Under the pieces are notes generated by a model. It saw only the letters and a list, made by a program, of their open reading frames with translations, had not been told where the DNA came from and did no database searches. A stretch of DNA of 54,457 nt, taken from a virus. The DNA lies in UHGV virus genome UHGV-0096558. The stretch is one strand, 5' to 3'. This document shows positions 7,836-18,221 of this stretch, piece by piece. Made by a program: the position numbers and the translations under genes. How positions within the stretch are numbered: the first letter of the stretch is position 1; every line of letters starts with the position of its first letter.

Positions 7836-10800
7836 ATGGGCGGCGGTGGTGGTAAAGCAAAAACACCAGTTTTATTAAACGATAACTTGTATCATAAGCA
7901 GTTTTATCGCGTCCTGGATATCCTGTCAGAAGGGCCGATTTATGGCCCTGTCAATCAGGCGGCACCGTTAAACTGCGTAATGCTTAATGATACGCCTATA
8001 ACTGACACCGTGGGTAACGCAAGTATCCCCGGCGTTAGTATTGCGTGGCGTCCTGGTAGTCTCGACCAGTCTCCAATCAATGGATTTAACTCCATTGAAT
8101 CGACTGTAATGGTCAATGCACAGGTTAAGCACGATACGCCGATTATACGCACAGTATCAGACAGAAATGTCAATCGTGTACGTCTTAATATTGGCGTTGA
8201 TTCTCTGGTATCGAGCGACAACCAGGGGAACCAGTACGAAACATCCGTACATTTAGCTATAGATATTAAACCTTCATCATCATCGTCATGGACTATAGTT
8301 AAAGATGTAATTATCGGACCGGGTAAAATTAGCGGGGAATACCTTGAATCACACATCATTGATGCGCCGAGTGAGTACCCTTTCGATATTCGCGTTCGCA
8401 GAATTACGGCAGATAGCACCAGCGATCTACTTCAAAACGACACACGCTGGAATAGCTACAGCGAGATCATAGATGACAACCTGTCATATCCTCACACGGC
8501 GGTAGCTGGCTGTGTTATTGATCACGATCAGTATACTGATACACCGACCCGCGCTTATCATCTTCGCGGGCTGATTGTTGACGTGCCGGACAACTATAAC
8601 CCTGAAGCGCGCACGTATTCCGGTTTATGGCTTGGTGGATTTAAAAAGGCGTACACCAATAACCCTGCTTGGCTTTTCCGGTATTTGATTAAAAATGAAC
8701 GCTTTGGCCTTGCACGACAGGCTGGTTATATTGACGTTGATGACGGCGCTTTATACGTGCTTTCTCAATACTGCGACCAGTTGGTTGATGATGGCTACGG
8801 CGGCCTTGAGCCTCGCATGACGCTTAACGCTTACATCACAGAGCAAATGAGCGCCCGCGACTTACTTGATAATATAGCTGGCATGTTCCGTGGTATTGCG
8901 TTATGGGACGGGCAACGTCTTACAGTGATGATTGATGCGCCACAAGATCCGATTGCAACTATCACGAACGCAAATGTCGTAGATGGTGCATTCACCCGTT
9001 CGAGCCTTGCCCGCGCGGAGTGCTATAACGCCGTGATTGTATCCTGGACCGATCCGGGTAACGGTTGGGAACAGTCAAAAGAATACGTTTCTGACGATGA
9101 ACTAATCGCCCGCGACGGCTACAACGAAACCACACTGGAGGCGTTCGGGTGCACGTCTCGCGGACAGGCTTACCGCGCTGGTAAATGGCTAATCGAAACA
9201 GCAAAACGCGAGCCGTCGAAATTTACGTTTAAAATGGCCCGTGACGCCATTCACTTTACACCAGGTGATATCATTGAGATCCTCGACAATAACCGCGCGG
9301 GCGCTCGCTTAGGCGGTCGTATCGTGGCGAACAATGGCAAAGTGATAACGGTCGACAAGGTTGATTCTGAATATATCGCGGCTGGTGACACCATCAGCTT
9401 ACTTGATAGCGATGGTAAATTTAAAAAACACCAGATCACCGGAGTTAACGGAAACAATATTACCCTTGCTGCGGCCCCGGCATGGATTCGCAATGGCACT
9501 GTTTTTGCTGTATCGACTGAAGCAGCAAAACCCGTTTTATGTAGGATCACCAGCGTAGCAGAAACAGAAAATAACAGCGTATACACTATCGAAGCCGCAC
9601 AGCACGACCCTAACAAACAGGCCGTAGTTGATGAAGGCGCAGTCTTCGAAATCAACAACGACACGCTGAATCATTTCCGTGTGCCTAACATTGAAAACCT
9701 CAAGGTAATGAATGTTGGTTCCGAAACCGTTCAGTGCTCCGCGTCGTGGATGACGCAGACCACAACTCACCGTCTGACCTTTGAATTACGTGTTTATAAC
9801 GAAGACAGCAAAGTTGTCGCCAGTTATGAGACGACAGAATTCCGGTATGATTTTAATGGCCTGAATTGCGGTCAATACTCTTTAGGCGTTCGCGCCCGCA
9901 ATGATACCGGTATGAAAGGCGCGGAATCTATCGTTGATCTCGTTATTGGTGCACCTTCAAAACCAATTGGTGTTAACTGGATACCAGGCGTATTTCAGGC
10001 TACTGTGTACCCAATCAGCAAAACAACTCTGACCAGCGATACAAGCTATGAATTCTATTTTGCTGGCGAAACACAAATCACTAATCCGGCATTAGTCACC
10101 ACTAATGCACAATATACCGGACGTGGTTATCAGTGGACGTTCGGCGGAATGAACACGGGCCATACTTATTACGTTTATGTGCGCACGCGTAACGCTTTTG
10201 GTGTATCAGATTTCGTAGAGGCGTCAGGTAAACCAACAGAGGATTTCGATGAAATCAGCGATTACGTAACCAAAGACGTGATGAATTCTGACCAATTTAA
10301 AGGAATGGTTAGCGACATTAAAGATCTTGGCGACCGCACCGACCTTATCGAAAGCGCCACTGACGACCTTAAAACAGCCACTGATAATCTTACCAATATC
10401 ACAAACGGCCTAAGAACTGATACTGACGACCTTATTGCAGAAACAGGGTCAATAAAAGCTGACACAGATACGCTTAAAAAAGACACGGAAGATCTTTATA
10501 AAAAAGTTCAGGAAAACGCCGATGATATCGGACAGCATGAGGTAAGAATTGACTCATTAGAGGTATCAAGTGAAAAAACCGACAGCGAACTGGCGCAGGC
10601 AAAAGCAAGCCTACAAAACGCATCGCTTGCCCTTATTAATAACTCGCTTGCACAGACTAACACCCGCGTAACTCTTACCGCTCAGTACAAGAAAGGTAAA
10701 ACAGAGACGAAAGCGGAAATTGACCGTATTGACAACGTTATCGCTGAAGAGAAAAAAGCGACTGCGGAATCACTGGAAACCATCACGGCAGAGATGAACA

Positions 10801-12275
10801 CGATGGATACCAACCTGAAAGGTCAGATTTCCAATGTTCAGCGTGCAGTAGCTGACGAGGCGAGCGCCCGCGCTGAAGCTATTAGTGGTGTAAACGCATC
10901 GATCACCAACCTTGATAAGAAAACCGACGCCAACGTAAACCGCCTTGATCAAGCTATCGCTGACGAAACCAGCGCCCGGACTCAGGCCGTCAGTGACGTG
11001 AACGCAAGCATCACCACGCTGGACAAGAAAACTGATGCCAGTGTGAAACGACTTGATCAAGCAATCGCAGATGAAACAAGCGCCCGGACTCAGGCCGTCA
11101 GTGACGTGAATGCAAGCATCAGCACGCTTGATAACAAGGTGACAAGCAATGTGACCCGTATCGACAAAGCTATTGCAGATGAGACAAAGGCACGCACAGA
11201 CGCAATAAGCAGCCTTAACTCATCGCTTACCAGTACGATTAATTCGAAAGTATCTGAAGTATCAACAGCACTTTCTACGCATGAAACATCAAGCGCGGAA
11301 AAATTCAGCCAGATCTCTGCATCTTTCGAAGCGGTAAACTCAAGTATCACAGAATGGTCGCAGACCATGACAACGGCGGACGAGGCATTATCAACCAAAA
11401 TTGATCAGTTAACAGTAACCGTTAACGGGAACACAACGGCGATCGAGACAACATCGAAAGCGTTAACCGACTTCAAAGGTAACGTTGATGCGTCATATTC
11501 AATTAAGATTGCCACCGACAACAACGGCAGAAAATACGCAACAGGTATGTCGCTTGGCCTTACTGGTAGCGGTACTGACGTTCAATCGCAGTGTATTTTC
11601 CTTGTTGACCGCTTCGTGTTAATGACTGCCGCCAACGGCACATACCAGACGCCTTTCTATGTCACTAACGGCGCAATGTATGTGCGCGAAGCGTTTATTA
11701 AAGACGCATCGATCACGACTGCAAAAATAGCACAGCAGATTCAATCAACCAACTTTGCTTCCGGTTCCGCTGGGTGGATGATTAACAAAAACGGCAGCGC
11801 GCAATTTAATAACGTAACTGTAAGGGGGACCGTTTACGCAACATCCGGCGAGTTTTCTGGGACCGTTAAAGCTAAAGCATTTGAAGGTGGCATTAGTTCC
11901 GGTACGCAGGGAACAAGAAGTTCCAGCGGGACGATCACAATTAACGTAACCCCAGCAACCCCGAATAGTATGCTATTGCTTTTCGTTTCTGTATACACGG
12001 CTGGCGTGCGCACAGCAAGCGGCGACCATACCGTCACTCTCCATGCGGGAGGTCGTAGTTTTAACGTTCCTCCGTCTTATCTTGCAGGTAGCGGTGTAGC
12101 GTCAACTTACAGGTTCGATTCAACTATAATTATCCCGGTTACAGGGACCAATAAGAGGGCGGTTTCGATATACTTAAGCCAAGTGGGCCACGTATCATTA
12201 ATAAATACAGATATAAGACTTCTCGGCGCTGTATTACTAAACACCTCATTCTCATCAGGTACTTTTGATTTTTGA
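7836..12275 (+). CDS. J: host specificity protein J (central tail fibre / tip attachment), 1479 aa, with inserted coiled-coil repeat region
   Basis: N-terminal region similar to lambda gpJ over roughly 750 aa (e.g. DILSEGPIYGPV, NPAWLFRYL, EPRMTLNAYIT, GCTSRGQAYRAGKWLIE). Confidence 0.9.
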   Translation: MGGGGGKAKTPVLLNDNLYHKQFYRVLDILSEGPIYGPVNQAAPLNCVMLNDTPITDTVGNASIPGVSIAWRPGSLDQSPINGFNSIESTVMVNAQVKHDTPIIRTVSDRNVNRVRLNIGVDSLVSSDNQGNQYETSVHLAIDIKPSSSSSWTIVKDVIIGPGKISGEYLESHIIDAPSEYPFDIRVRRITADSTSDLLQNDTRWNSYSEIIDDNLSYPHTAVAGCVIDHDQYTDTPTRAYHLRGLIVDVPDNYNPEARTYSGLWLGGFKKAYTNNPAWLFRYLIKNERFGLARQAGYIDVDDGALYVLSQYCDQLVDDGYGGLEPRMTLNAYITEQMSARDLLDNIAGMFRGIALWDGQRLTVMIDAPQDPIATITNANVVDGAFTRSSLARAECYNAVIVSWTDPGNGWEQSKEYVSDDELIARDGYNETTLEAFGCTSRGQAYRAGKWLIETAKREPSKFTFKMARDAIHFTPGDIIEILDNNRAGARLGGRIVANNGKVITVDKVDSEYIAAGDTISLLDSDGKFKKHQITGVNGNNITLAAAPAWIRNGTVFAVSTEAAKPVLCRITSVAETENNSVYTIEAAQHDPNKQAVVDEGAVFEINNDTLNHFRVPNIENLKVMNVGSETVQCSASWMTQTTTHRLTFELRVYNEDSKVVASYETTEFRYDFNGLNCGQYSLGVRARNDTGMKGAESIVDLVIGAPSKPIGVNWIPGVFQATVYPISKTTLTSDTSYEFYFAGETQITNPALVTTNAQYTGRGYQWTFGGMNTGHTYYVYVRTRNAFGVSDFVEASGKPTEDFDEISDYVTKDVMNSDQFKGMVSDIKDLGDRTDLIESATDDLKTATDNLTNITNGLRTDTDDLIAETGSIKADTDTLKKDTEDLYKKVQENADDIGQHEVRIDSLEVSSEKTDSELAQAKASLQNASLALINNSLAQTNTRVTLTAQYKKGKTETKAEIDRIDNVIAEEKKATAESLETITAEMNTMDTNLKGQISNVQRAVADEASARAEAISGVNASITNLDKKTDANVNRLDQAIADETSARTQAVSDVNASITTLDKKTDASVKRLDQAIADETSARTQAVSDVNASISTLDNKVTSNVTRIDKAIADETKARTDAISSLNSSLTSTINSKVSEVSTALSTHETSSAEKFSQISASFEAVNSSITEWSQTMTTADEALSTKIDQLTVTVNGNTTAIETTSKALTDFKGNVDASYSIKIATDNNGRKYATGMSLGLTGSGTDVQSQCIFLVDRFVLMTAANGTYQTPFYVTNGAMYVREAFIKDASITTAKIAQQIQSTNFASGSAGWMINKNGSAQFNNVTVRGTVYATSGEFSGTVKAKAFEGGISSGTQGTRSSSGTITINVTPATPNSMLLLFVSVYTAGVRTASGDHTVTLHAGGRSFNVPPSYLAGSGVASTYRFDSTIIIPVTGTNKRAVSIYLSQVGHVSLINTDIRLLGAVLLNTSFSSGTFDF
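10833..11242 (+). repeat. in-frame tandem repeats inside J: two near-identical 108-bp units (10941-11048, 11049-11156) flanked by degenerate copies; exact 32-mer at 10970-11001 and 11078-11109
   Basis: Read directly; encodes repeated motif RLDQAIADETSARTQAVSDVNASIT.LDKKTDA. Confidence 0.7.
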
Positions 12276-12280
12276 TACCA

Positions 12281-12305
12281 GCCCCGCTTCGTGCGGGGTT
12301 TTTTT
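12281..12305 (+). terminator. rho-independent terminator (GCCCCGC / GCGGGG then T7)
   Basis: Immediately after J stop. Confidence 0.7.
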
Positions 12306-12388
12306 ATACGCATTGTAAACTCAAGTTCGTTCTTGTAATGACAAAACGTTAAAATGGTAACGTTAATTAACGAAATGGAGTCATTGCG

Positions 12389-15300
12389 ATGATTTATACA
12401 ACAGGCACAATTGCAATTAGCGGCAATACCTTAACTGGTGTTGGCACTAATTTTACAGCGCCGCTTTCCCTTATCCGTGTAGGCTGTACACTGATCGCCG
12501 TGGGAAACCCGGTGCAAATTTTCTCAATCACAGAGATTAAAAGCGCTACAGAGCTTTCCGTTTACCCTGCCGCAAATCCCGCAATCCCTGCCGGGACAGA
12601 ATTTAGCATCCTGCTTACAGACTCAATTTCCGTCGATGGTCTTGCTCAGGACGTAGCTGAAACACTGCGTTACTACCAGGGCAAGGAAACAGAGATCGCC
12701 GCAGCCGTCGAGTGGTGGAAAGATTTCGGCGGTGATGGTCAGATGGATCAGCTTCTTGCCAACATTCGCGAAGAAACAGCGAAATCAACCGCCAACGCTC
12801 AAAAAACAGAAGCTGACAAGAACACAACCGAAGGTTACAAGAATGCTGCGGCATCATCTGCAACAGCGGCAAAATCATCTCAGGATGCAGCAAAAGCCAG
12901 CGAAACATCAGCCAGCAACAGCAAAACAGCGGCGGCAACCAGCGAAACCAATGCGGCGAAATCAGCAGCCGATGCGCTTAATTATAGAAATCAAGCTCAA
13001 TCCATTGTTGGCAGCAACATTGGCTTAGGTGCATCGCCGCGTGATTGCCCTGACATTTCCGGCAATCCATCCGGTTATATTGGCTTTATGCGCATTATGG
13101 CTGGTGCGAAAGGTTTTCCATCAATCGCATCAGGTGAAAGCAGCCTCACAGGCTTTATTAGCGGAGTTGACGGAAGTCCGACATATGCAGGTATTTTCCA
13201 GGGCTGGGCCTCAAGATCGCTTTATACTTACCGTTGGAGTGAAGGTACAGGCCCGCAATGGACTCGACACGCAAGAAAAGACGAAGTAGATCGCATTTCT
13301 CAAATGAGTGGCGATCAGACGCGCATTTACGCTGGCAACGGTAAAACTTATTTAGAGGTTGGCAATGATCGTGCATGGGGTGTTTATAATAGCGAGACTG
13401 GTCAATGGAAACCGTTAGATCTTGCTCAAGGCGGTACGGCAGGACGTAACGCAGGACAAGCACGCACAAACCTTGAGGTTATGTATGAGAAAAAATCAGA
13501 TCTAAGTTCCACAGATATTAATACGCTTACTGGCGAGTATTCCGGTTTTTATTACCAGGGGTTAAACTCCAACGCTACGTCAGAGCGTGGCTATCCTGTA
13601 TCAAGTGCGGGCGCATTGCTTGTCATCAGAAACAATGCAAACGGTAACGCAGGATGCACGCAGCTTTATTTCCCTTACAATGCCACGACTGGCACATTTT
13701 ATATGCGCCAGTACATTATTATTTCCTCTACGACTGGCTGGGAGTGGACCGCATGGAAGAAATTTCAGTCTCTTGATTTTACTGATAGCCCGCAATTTAC
13801 AAACCTTAATCTTGTAAGATCTTCAGATGTAGCAACTACCGCAGGCGGTATTTTACAAAGCATCCTTAATGATGCATCAGGCGCACAAAGAGCGCGAGCG
13901 CGTTTTTATTCAGAATTCCGTGGCGATGGTAAATCATGGGCCACAATTCACCTACAGAATGGAGATAAAAACCAATACGCAGGATTAAGCGAAGACGGCG
14001 ACTTTACTTTAAATAGCGGTGATTTTATAGGTAGGCGTTTAAGATTAACAGCTAATTTTAATTATCCCGTAGAAATATCAAGCGCTCATCCTACCATCAG
14101 ATTCAACGAAACGGATCGGCCATCAAATACACCTTACTATAGCCTTATCTTTGATGGTGGTAACTGGCGTATTCAGAAAGACGGATATGACGGGACGAAA
14201 ACAAGCTATTCAATGAGCTATAACTATGCAAGGGATGAAATAGAAGTACCTAACCTGAAAGTCAATGCAATTGCAGTACCTACAAACCTTGAACAAACTA
14301 AAACAAATATGCAAATCCCGTTTGCAGGTATTGCGCATTGGGTTGATTACAACGCTCCTACTGGTGCTGAAGCTGGTAAATATTACCCTGTAATTGTCAG
14401 CCATCCTTCATACTATAACGGCGATTTCCTTGTTGAAGTTGCAATGAGAACTAAGTCAATATCTGGCAGTGAAGAGCCTAACTGTAACGCAATTCACTTA
14501 TGGTTGCGTGATGGTGGCTGGTCAGATATGGGTGCGGCTGTATTTGGTCATTATTTCTGTTACGCAAACAATGAAAACGCGATACTTTGCGTGCGCGGTA
14601 CTGATAAAGGTCAGTATCCACATAACGCAATCTATGTTCGCGGTGACGCTTTCCCTATTCGTCTTGCCGTCACGGTTGGCTGTACTGTAACAATACCTAC
14701 AGCAGACTGGAAACCTTCAACAGCGGGCGATAGCCCGACTTATAAATGGGGTATCACTAATTCCTCTGATGGTATTGATTTAGATACTTACGGCATTAGC
14801 AATAACTTACTTGATTTCACATCGAGTGCAACAGGGTTTTATTGCACTGATACATACCGCAATAAATATGGTGATTCTTATCAGGTTATACAATCAAACG
14901 GAACTATACAGCCAGCTAACGGAGTTGCAACATATTTAAATCAAGACTGGAACGCACAACAATCAGACGGAGTAAACAAGTTTAAACCGATTGCTGGTCA
15001 AACGAATACGCCGGAAAATAATGTAGTTTATGGCGGCTTTCATGTTGGCTTTAGCGGTAACTACGCTACTCAATTCGCCGGACGTAATTCAAAATTCTAC
15101 GCCAGAAGTTTTGAGGCCGGAGTAGATAAAGGCTGGTGTCAACTTGCTACGCTTAACGCATCTTCGCAAAGGTGGACTGGATACCAACAATTCAAATCGA
15201 CGGAGTTTTTCGCTGATACTTACACAAGAAAAGTAAGTTTAGCCGTCGCAAATTCAGCGGTAAGAAATGGCGAGCTTTATTTGTGGGGTGCAGAAAGCCG

Positions 15301-15856
15301 TCCGACTGTATTTGAGTACAAGATAAAAGATCCAGACACAAACGCGTCACTTTCATGGGTTTTTTACGCGCAGCAAAACACGGATGATTCTTGTCAATTT
15401 CAGGTTAACGGTGCTGTAAACTGCGTAACAGTAAACCAGTCATCAGACCGAGACTTGAAAGACAATATTCAGGTTATAGGTGATGCTACTGAAGCTATCC
15501 GTAAAATGAACGGGTACACCTACACGCTTAAGGAAAATGGCCTGCCTTACGCTGGCGTTATCGCTCAGGAGGTCATGGAGGCACTACCGGAAGCGGTAGG
15601 ATCGTTTACTCATTACGGTGAAGCATTGCAAGGCCCGACCATTGACGGCAACGAGCTACGCGAAGAAACGCGCTATCTTAATGTTGACTATGCGGCGGTG
15701 ACTGGTTTACTTGTCCAGGTGGCACGCGAAACAGATAACCGCGTCACCGAACTGGAAGAGGAAAACGTCAGCTTACGTGCTAACATTGCCGTCATGGATG
15801 AGCGGATCACAAAACTTGAAGCGCTTGTCAGGAAGTTAACCGGAAGCGAAGAATAA
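12389..15856 (+). CDS. tail fibre protein, 1155 aa, with C-terminal S74-type intramolecular chaperone (autoproteolytic) domain
   Basis: Ala/Ser/Thr-rich repeat region near N-terminus resembling side tail fibre proteins; C-terminal segment ...SSDRDLKDNIQVIGDATEAIRKMNGYTYTLKENG... plus terminal coiled coil typical of endosialidase-type chaperone domains. Confidence 0.8.
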   Translation: MIYTTGTIAISGNTLTGVGTNFTAPLSLIRVGCTLIAVGNPVQIFSITEIKSATELSVYPAANPAIPAGTEFSILLTDSISVDGLAQDVAETLRYYQGKETEIAAAVEWWKDFGGDGQMDQLLANIREETAKSTANAQKTEADKNTTEGYKNAAASSATAAKSSQDAAKASETSASNSKTAAATSETNAAKSAADALNYRNQAQSIVGSNIGLGASPRDCPDISGNPSGYIGFMRIMAGAKGFPSIASGESSLTGFISGVDGSPTYAGIFQGWASRSLYTYRWSEGTGPQWTRHARKDEVDRISQMSGDQTRIYAGNGKTYLEVGNDRAWGVYNSETGQWKPLDLAQGGTAGRNAGQARTNLEVMYEKKSDLSSTDINTLTGEYSGFYYQGLNSNATSERGYPVSSAGALLVIRNNANGNAGCTQLYFPYNATTGTFYMRQYIIISSTTGWEWTAWKKFQSLDFTDSPQFTNLNLVRSSDVATTAGGILQSILNDASGAQRARARFYSEFRGDGKSWATIHLQNGDKNQYAGLSEDGDFTLNSGDFIGRRLRLTANFNYPVEISSAHPTIRFNETDRPSNTPYYSLIFDGGNWRIQKDGYDGTKTSYSMSYNYARDEIEVPNLKVNAIAVPTNLEQTKTNMQIPFAGIAHWVDYNAPTGAEAGKYYPVIVSHPSYYNGDFLVEVAMRTKSISGSEEPNCNAIHLWLRDGGWSDMGAAVFGHYFCYANNENAILCVRGTDKGQYPHNAIYVRGDAFPIRLAVTVGCTVTIPTADWKPSTAGDSPTYKWGITNSSDGIDLDTYGISNNLLDFTSSATGFYCTDTYRNKYGDSYQVIQSNGTIQPANGVATYLNQDWNAQQSDGVNKFKPIAGQTNTPENNVVYGGFHVGFSGNYATQFAGRNSKFYARSFEAGVDKGWCQLATLNASSQRWTGYQQFKSTEFFADTYTRKVSLAVANSAVRNGELYLWGAESRPTVFEYKIKDPDTNASLSWVFYAQQNTDDSCQFQVNGAVNCVTVNQSSDRDLKDNIQVIGDATEAIRKMNGYTYTLKENGLPYAGVIAQEVMEALPEAVGSFTHYGEALQGPTIDGNELREETRYLNVDYAAVTGLLVQVARETDNRVTELEEENVSLRANIAVMDERITKLEALVRKLTGSEE

Positions 15857-15885
15857 GAGGTGATGTGCGAAGAACATTGCCGCGC

Positions 15886-15916
15886 GAAACGAGGCTAACG
15901 CCTCGTTTCTTTTTGC
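15886..15916 (+). terminator. rho-independent terminator (AAACGAGGC / GCCTCGTTT then T-run)
   Basis: After tail fibre gene. Confidence 0.65.
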
Positions 15917-16182
15917 GTACCATTGTGTGTACCATATTATCTTAAGGTTAAATGAGATATGAATAAAATAATGATTTATATATCGTTTTTGCCACTTTGC
16001 ATAATGTCTCTTTCTAATGCTACATACCGCGCACAAGCGTAAACATACGCAAGCAAAATCACCCCTAACACCATGAATTTAGTAGATTTACTTGTTTTCG
16101 CTGTAAACAAGCGCGCTTTTGCGTTATATTGCGTAAACCATGATTTGTGTACCAGGTTGTGCACCAAATAAGGGGGGCGATT

Positions 16183-17403
16183 ATGGCGTTATCTGACACT
16201 AAGTTAAGAAGCATCCACGGTAAAAGTTATGATGGTCCGGTCGAGATCCCGGATGGCGGCGGTCTGTCAGTAAGGGTAAGCCCGAAAGGCGTAATTACGT
16301 TTCAGTATCGCTACAGGTATGACGGGAAGCCTAAAAGAATGAAGCTAGGCAACTATGGCATAATGACGCTAAAGGAGGCCAGGCTAGCGGTAATTGAGTG
16401 CAAGGCGATATTAGCAGACGGCAAAGATCCAGGACTTGCTAAGAAGCAGCGCATTGACGAGGCGAGGGCGAGAGCAACCGTTAGCGATATCGTGAACAAC
16501 TATCTGAATAAACAGACGACCAGGGAAATTAAGGGATACAAAGAGATCAAGCAAAACTTACAAAAGCACATAATCAAGAGGTATGGCGATTTTATTGTGG
16601 ATGACATTAACGCTAGGGCGTGGGAGGCAATATTCTCAGAGATAACGAAAGCGGGCCATCCGGTACAGGCTGGCGCGATGTTGCGCCGCATGAAATCCAT
16701 TGTCGCTATGGCGCAAAGGAAAGGGATAGTAAAAGACAACGAGATCCGCTTGTTGCGAGTGGAAGACGTTGGCAAACCGCCGCGCAAGATCGACAGATAT
16801 TTATCGGGCGAGGAAGTAGGGGAATTCTGGCGTTTTACGGCTGGCGATTTTATGTCTAAGGCCAATATGACATTCTTCAGACTACTGCTATTAACAGGAT
16901 GCAGGACGGTAGAATTGAGGCTAGCAAAGCGTGAACATTTTGATCTCAATAACAGGGTATGGAATATCCCTGCGGAACTATCAAAAAACAAAAAGCGGTT
17001 TACGCGCGGCCTGTCAACGTTAAGCGTAGAGCTATTAAGCATGATGTTTGATTGCCACGGCTTCAACATAGTTTTCCCTGCGGTATTGTCGCTGGATGGT
17101 AAACCAATGGATAAAGCTGTGTGCACAAGACTAGCGACAAGGCTTAGTAATGAAATTGGATTTAAGGCGGGTTTTACTGCGCATGATTTGCGCCGGACGT
17201 GCCGCACGCATTTAGCGGCATTAGGCGTGACCGCCCAGGTAGCCGAAAAAATGTTGGGCCATACCCTGGGCGGAGTATTAGGAGTTTATGACAGATATGA
17301 TTATGTAGAAGAACAGAAAGACGCTGCGGAATTATGGGCTAATTACGTTTTATCAGTATCAGAAAGCAAGCCTACTGACTTAAAGAACTGCATTACATCT
17401 TGA
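16183..17403 (+). CDS. int: tyrosine integrase, P4/CP4-57 type
   Basis: ATG at 16183 with RBS AAGGGGGG; N-terminal arm-binding region (GGGLSVRVSPKGVITFQYRYRYDGKPKRMKLG) and C-terminal HDLRRT...H..G...Y catalytic motifs. Confidence 0.9.
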   Translation: MALSDTKLRSIHGKSYDGPVEIPDGGGLSVRVSPKGVITFQYRYRYDGKPKRMKLGNYGIMTLKEARLAVIECKAILADGKDPGLAKKQRIDEARARATVSDIVNNYLNKQTTREIKGYKEIKQNLQKHIIKRYGDFIVDDINARAWEAIFSEITKAGHPVQAGAMLRRMKSIVAMAQRKGIVKDNEIRLLRVEDVGKPPRKIDRYLSGEEVGEFWRFTAGDFMSKANMTFFRLLLLTGCRTVELRLAKREHFDLNNRVWNIPAELSKNKKRFTRGLSTLSVELLSMMFDCHGFNIVFPAVLSLDGKPMDKAVCTRLATRLSNEIGFKAGFTAHDLRRTCRTHLAALGVTAQVAEKMLGHTLGGVLGVYDRYDYVEEQKDAAELWANYVLSVSESKPTDLKNCITS

Positions 17404-17576
17404 TAACGATATACAGGGCGCGACGTAGTTGATAATTCGTGAAGCGGTTCAGGAAATGGTGTACCTGCCGCTTCCCATTTCATTTTCCATACTCTGAAAG
17501 TTGTCCTACTTATTCCGCCGAGCATTTCCCTGATCCGTGCCGTGGTCAATAATAATGTGGCTGTTTTATTCATCAC
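17343..17576 (-). CDS. AlpA/Xis-like helix-turn-helix regulator or excisionase
   Basis: ...ARIREMLGGISRTTFRVW... motif; start overlaps stop of upstream gene (ATGA); 3' end overlaps int 3' end antisense by about 60 bp. Confidence 0.55.
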   Translation of the reverse strand: MMNKTATLLLTTARIREMLGGISRTTFRVWKMKWEAAGTPFPEPLHELSTTSRPVYRYQDVMQFFKSVGLLSDTDKT

Positions 17577-18220
17577 TTATCACCAGTATATTCAACGTGC
17601 CCGATACATCCATCAATAATTGCTTGCGCCATATTGCGATAATCGCACGAAAAATCATTGTCATGGTTAAAGTCAATCTCTTTTGCTGCGTCTTCACCCA
17701 TAACATTGATAGCAAGTGCAAACGCGATTTCAGCAAGTGCTTTTTCTTTCGGATCAATGTATAAATAATAATTATAAAAACCCCATTCAATAGCATTTTC
17801 TTTCTGTATACTGCCTTTTTCTGTGTATACCCCGTATTTATCACCGATAAATTTAAACATTAAAATCCCAATGTGATAGCCATCAGGATAATAACAATCA
17901 AGCCACACGCCGCACGGAGGCTTTTCTCCTGGCTTCCATTCCGTAACTTCCGACACATCGCAATCATGGCGCTCATCTTCGATTAATTCATCAATAATTT
18001 CGCTTTCTTTATTCATGCCGTCATCATCCATTTCAGAGTAACGCACAAAGCGCCACGTATTAGCCATCAGCGTATAAGATTCACCGCCTACCTTAGATCC
18101 GGCGTAATACTCCGTCCCGAAATCGTAATAACTTGAAAACGTGGTTACTTCAAAAGGCTGAATATCACCACGGAAGCGGTGGAACATTGCGCCTATTGCA
18201 AAAGGGGTTTTCTTCGTCAT
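17573..18220 (-). CDS. hypothetical protein, 215 aa, acidic
   Basis: ORF track; translationally coupled to flanking genes. Confidence 0.6.
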   Translation of the reverse strand: MTKKTPFAIGAMFHRFRGDIQPFEVTTFSSYYDFGTEYYAGSKVGGESYTLMANTWRFVRYSEMDDDGMNKESEIIDELIEDERHDCDVSEVTEWKPGEKPPCGVWLDCYYPDGYHIGILMFKFIGDKYGVYTEKGSIQKENAIEWGFYNYYLYIDPKEKALAEIAFALAINVMGEDAAKEIDFNHDNDFSCDYRNMAQAIIDGCIGHVEYTGDK

Positions 18221-18221
18221 A

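Noticed and set aside
10833-11242. Direct repeats in J considered as a CRISPR-like or satellite array
   Set aside because: Repeats are in frame within a continuous ORF with no spacer architecture; they are protein-coding coiled-coil repeats.
7955-12037. Multiple minus-strand ORFs inside the J gene
   Set aside because: Entirely antisense to J, which has clear lambda J similarity; no independent start signals.
16500-17207. 235-aa minus-strand ORF antisense to the integrase
   Set aside because: Overlaps the integrase catalytic domain on the opposite strand; Ser/Leu-rich translation typical of shadow ORFs.
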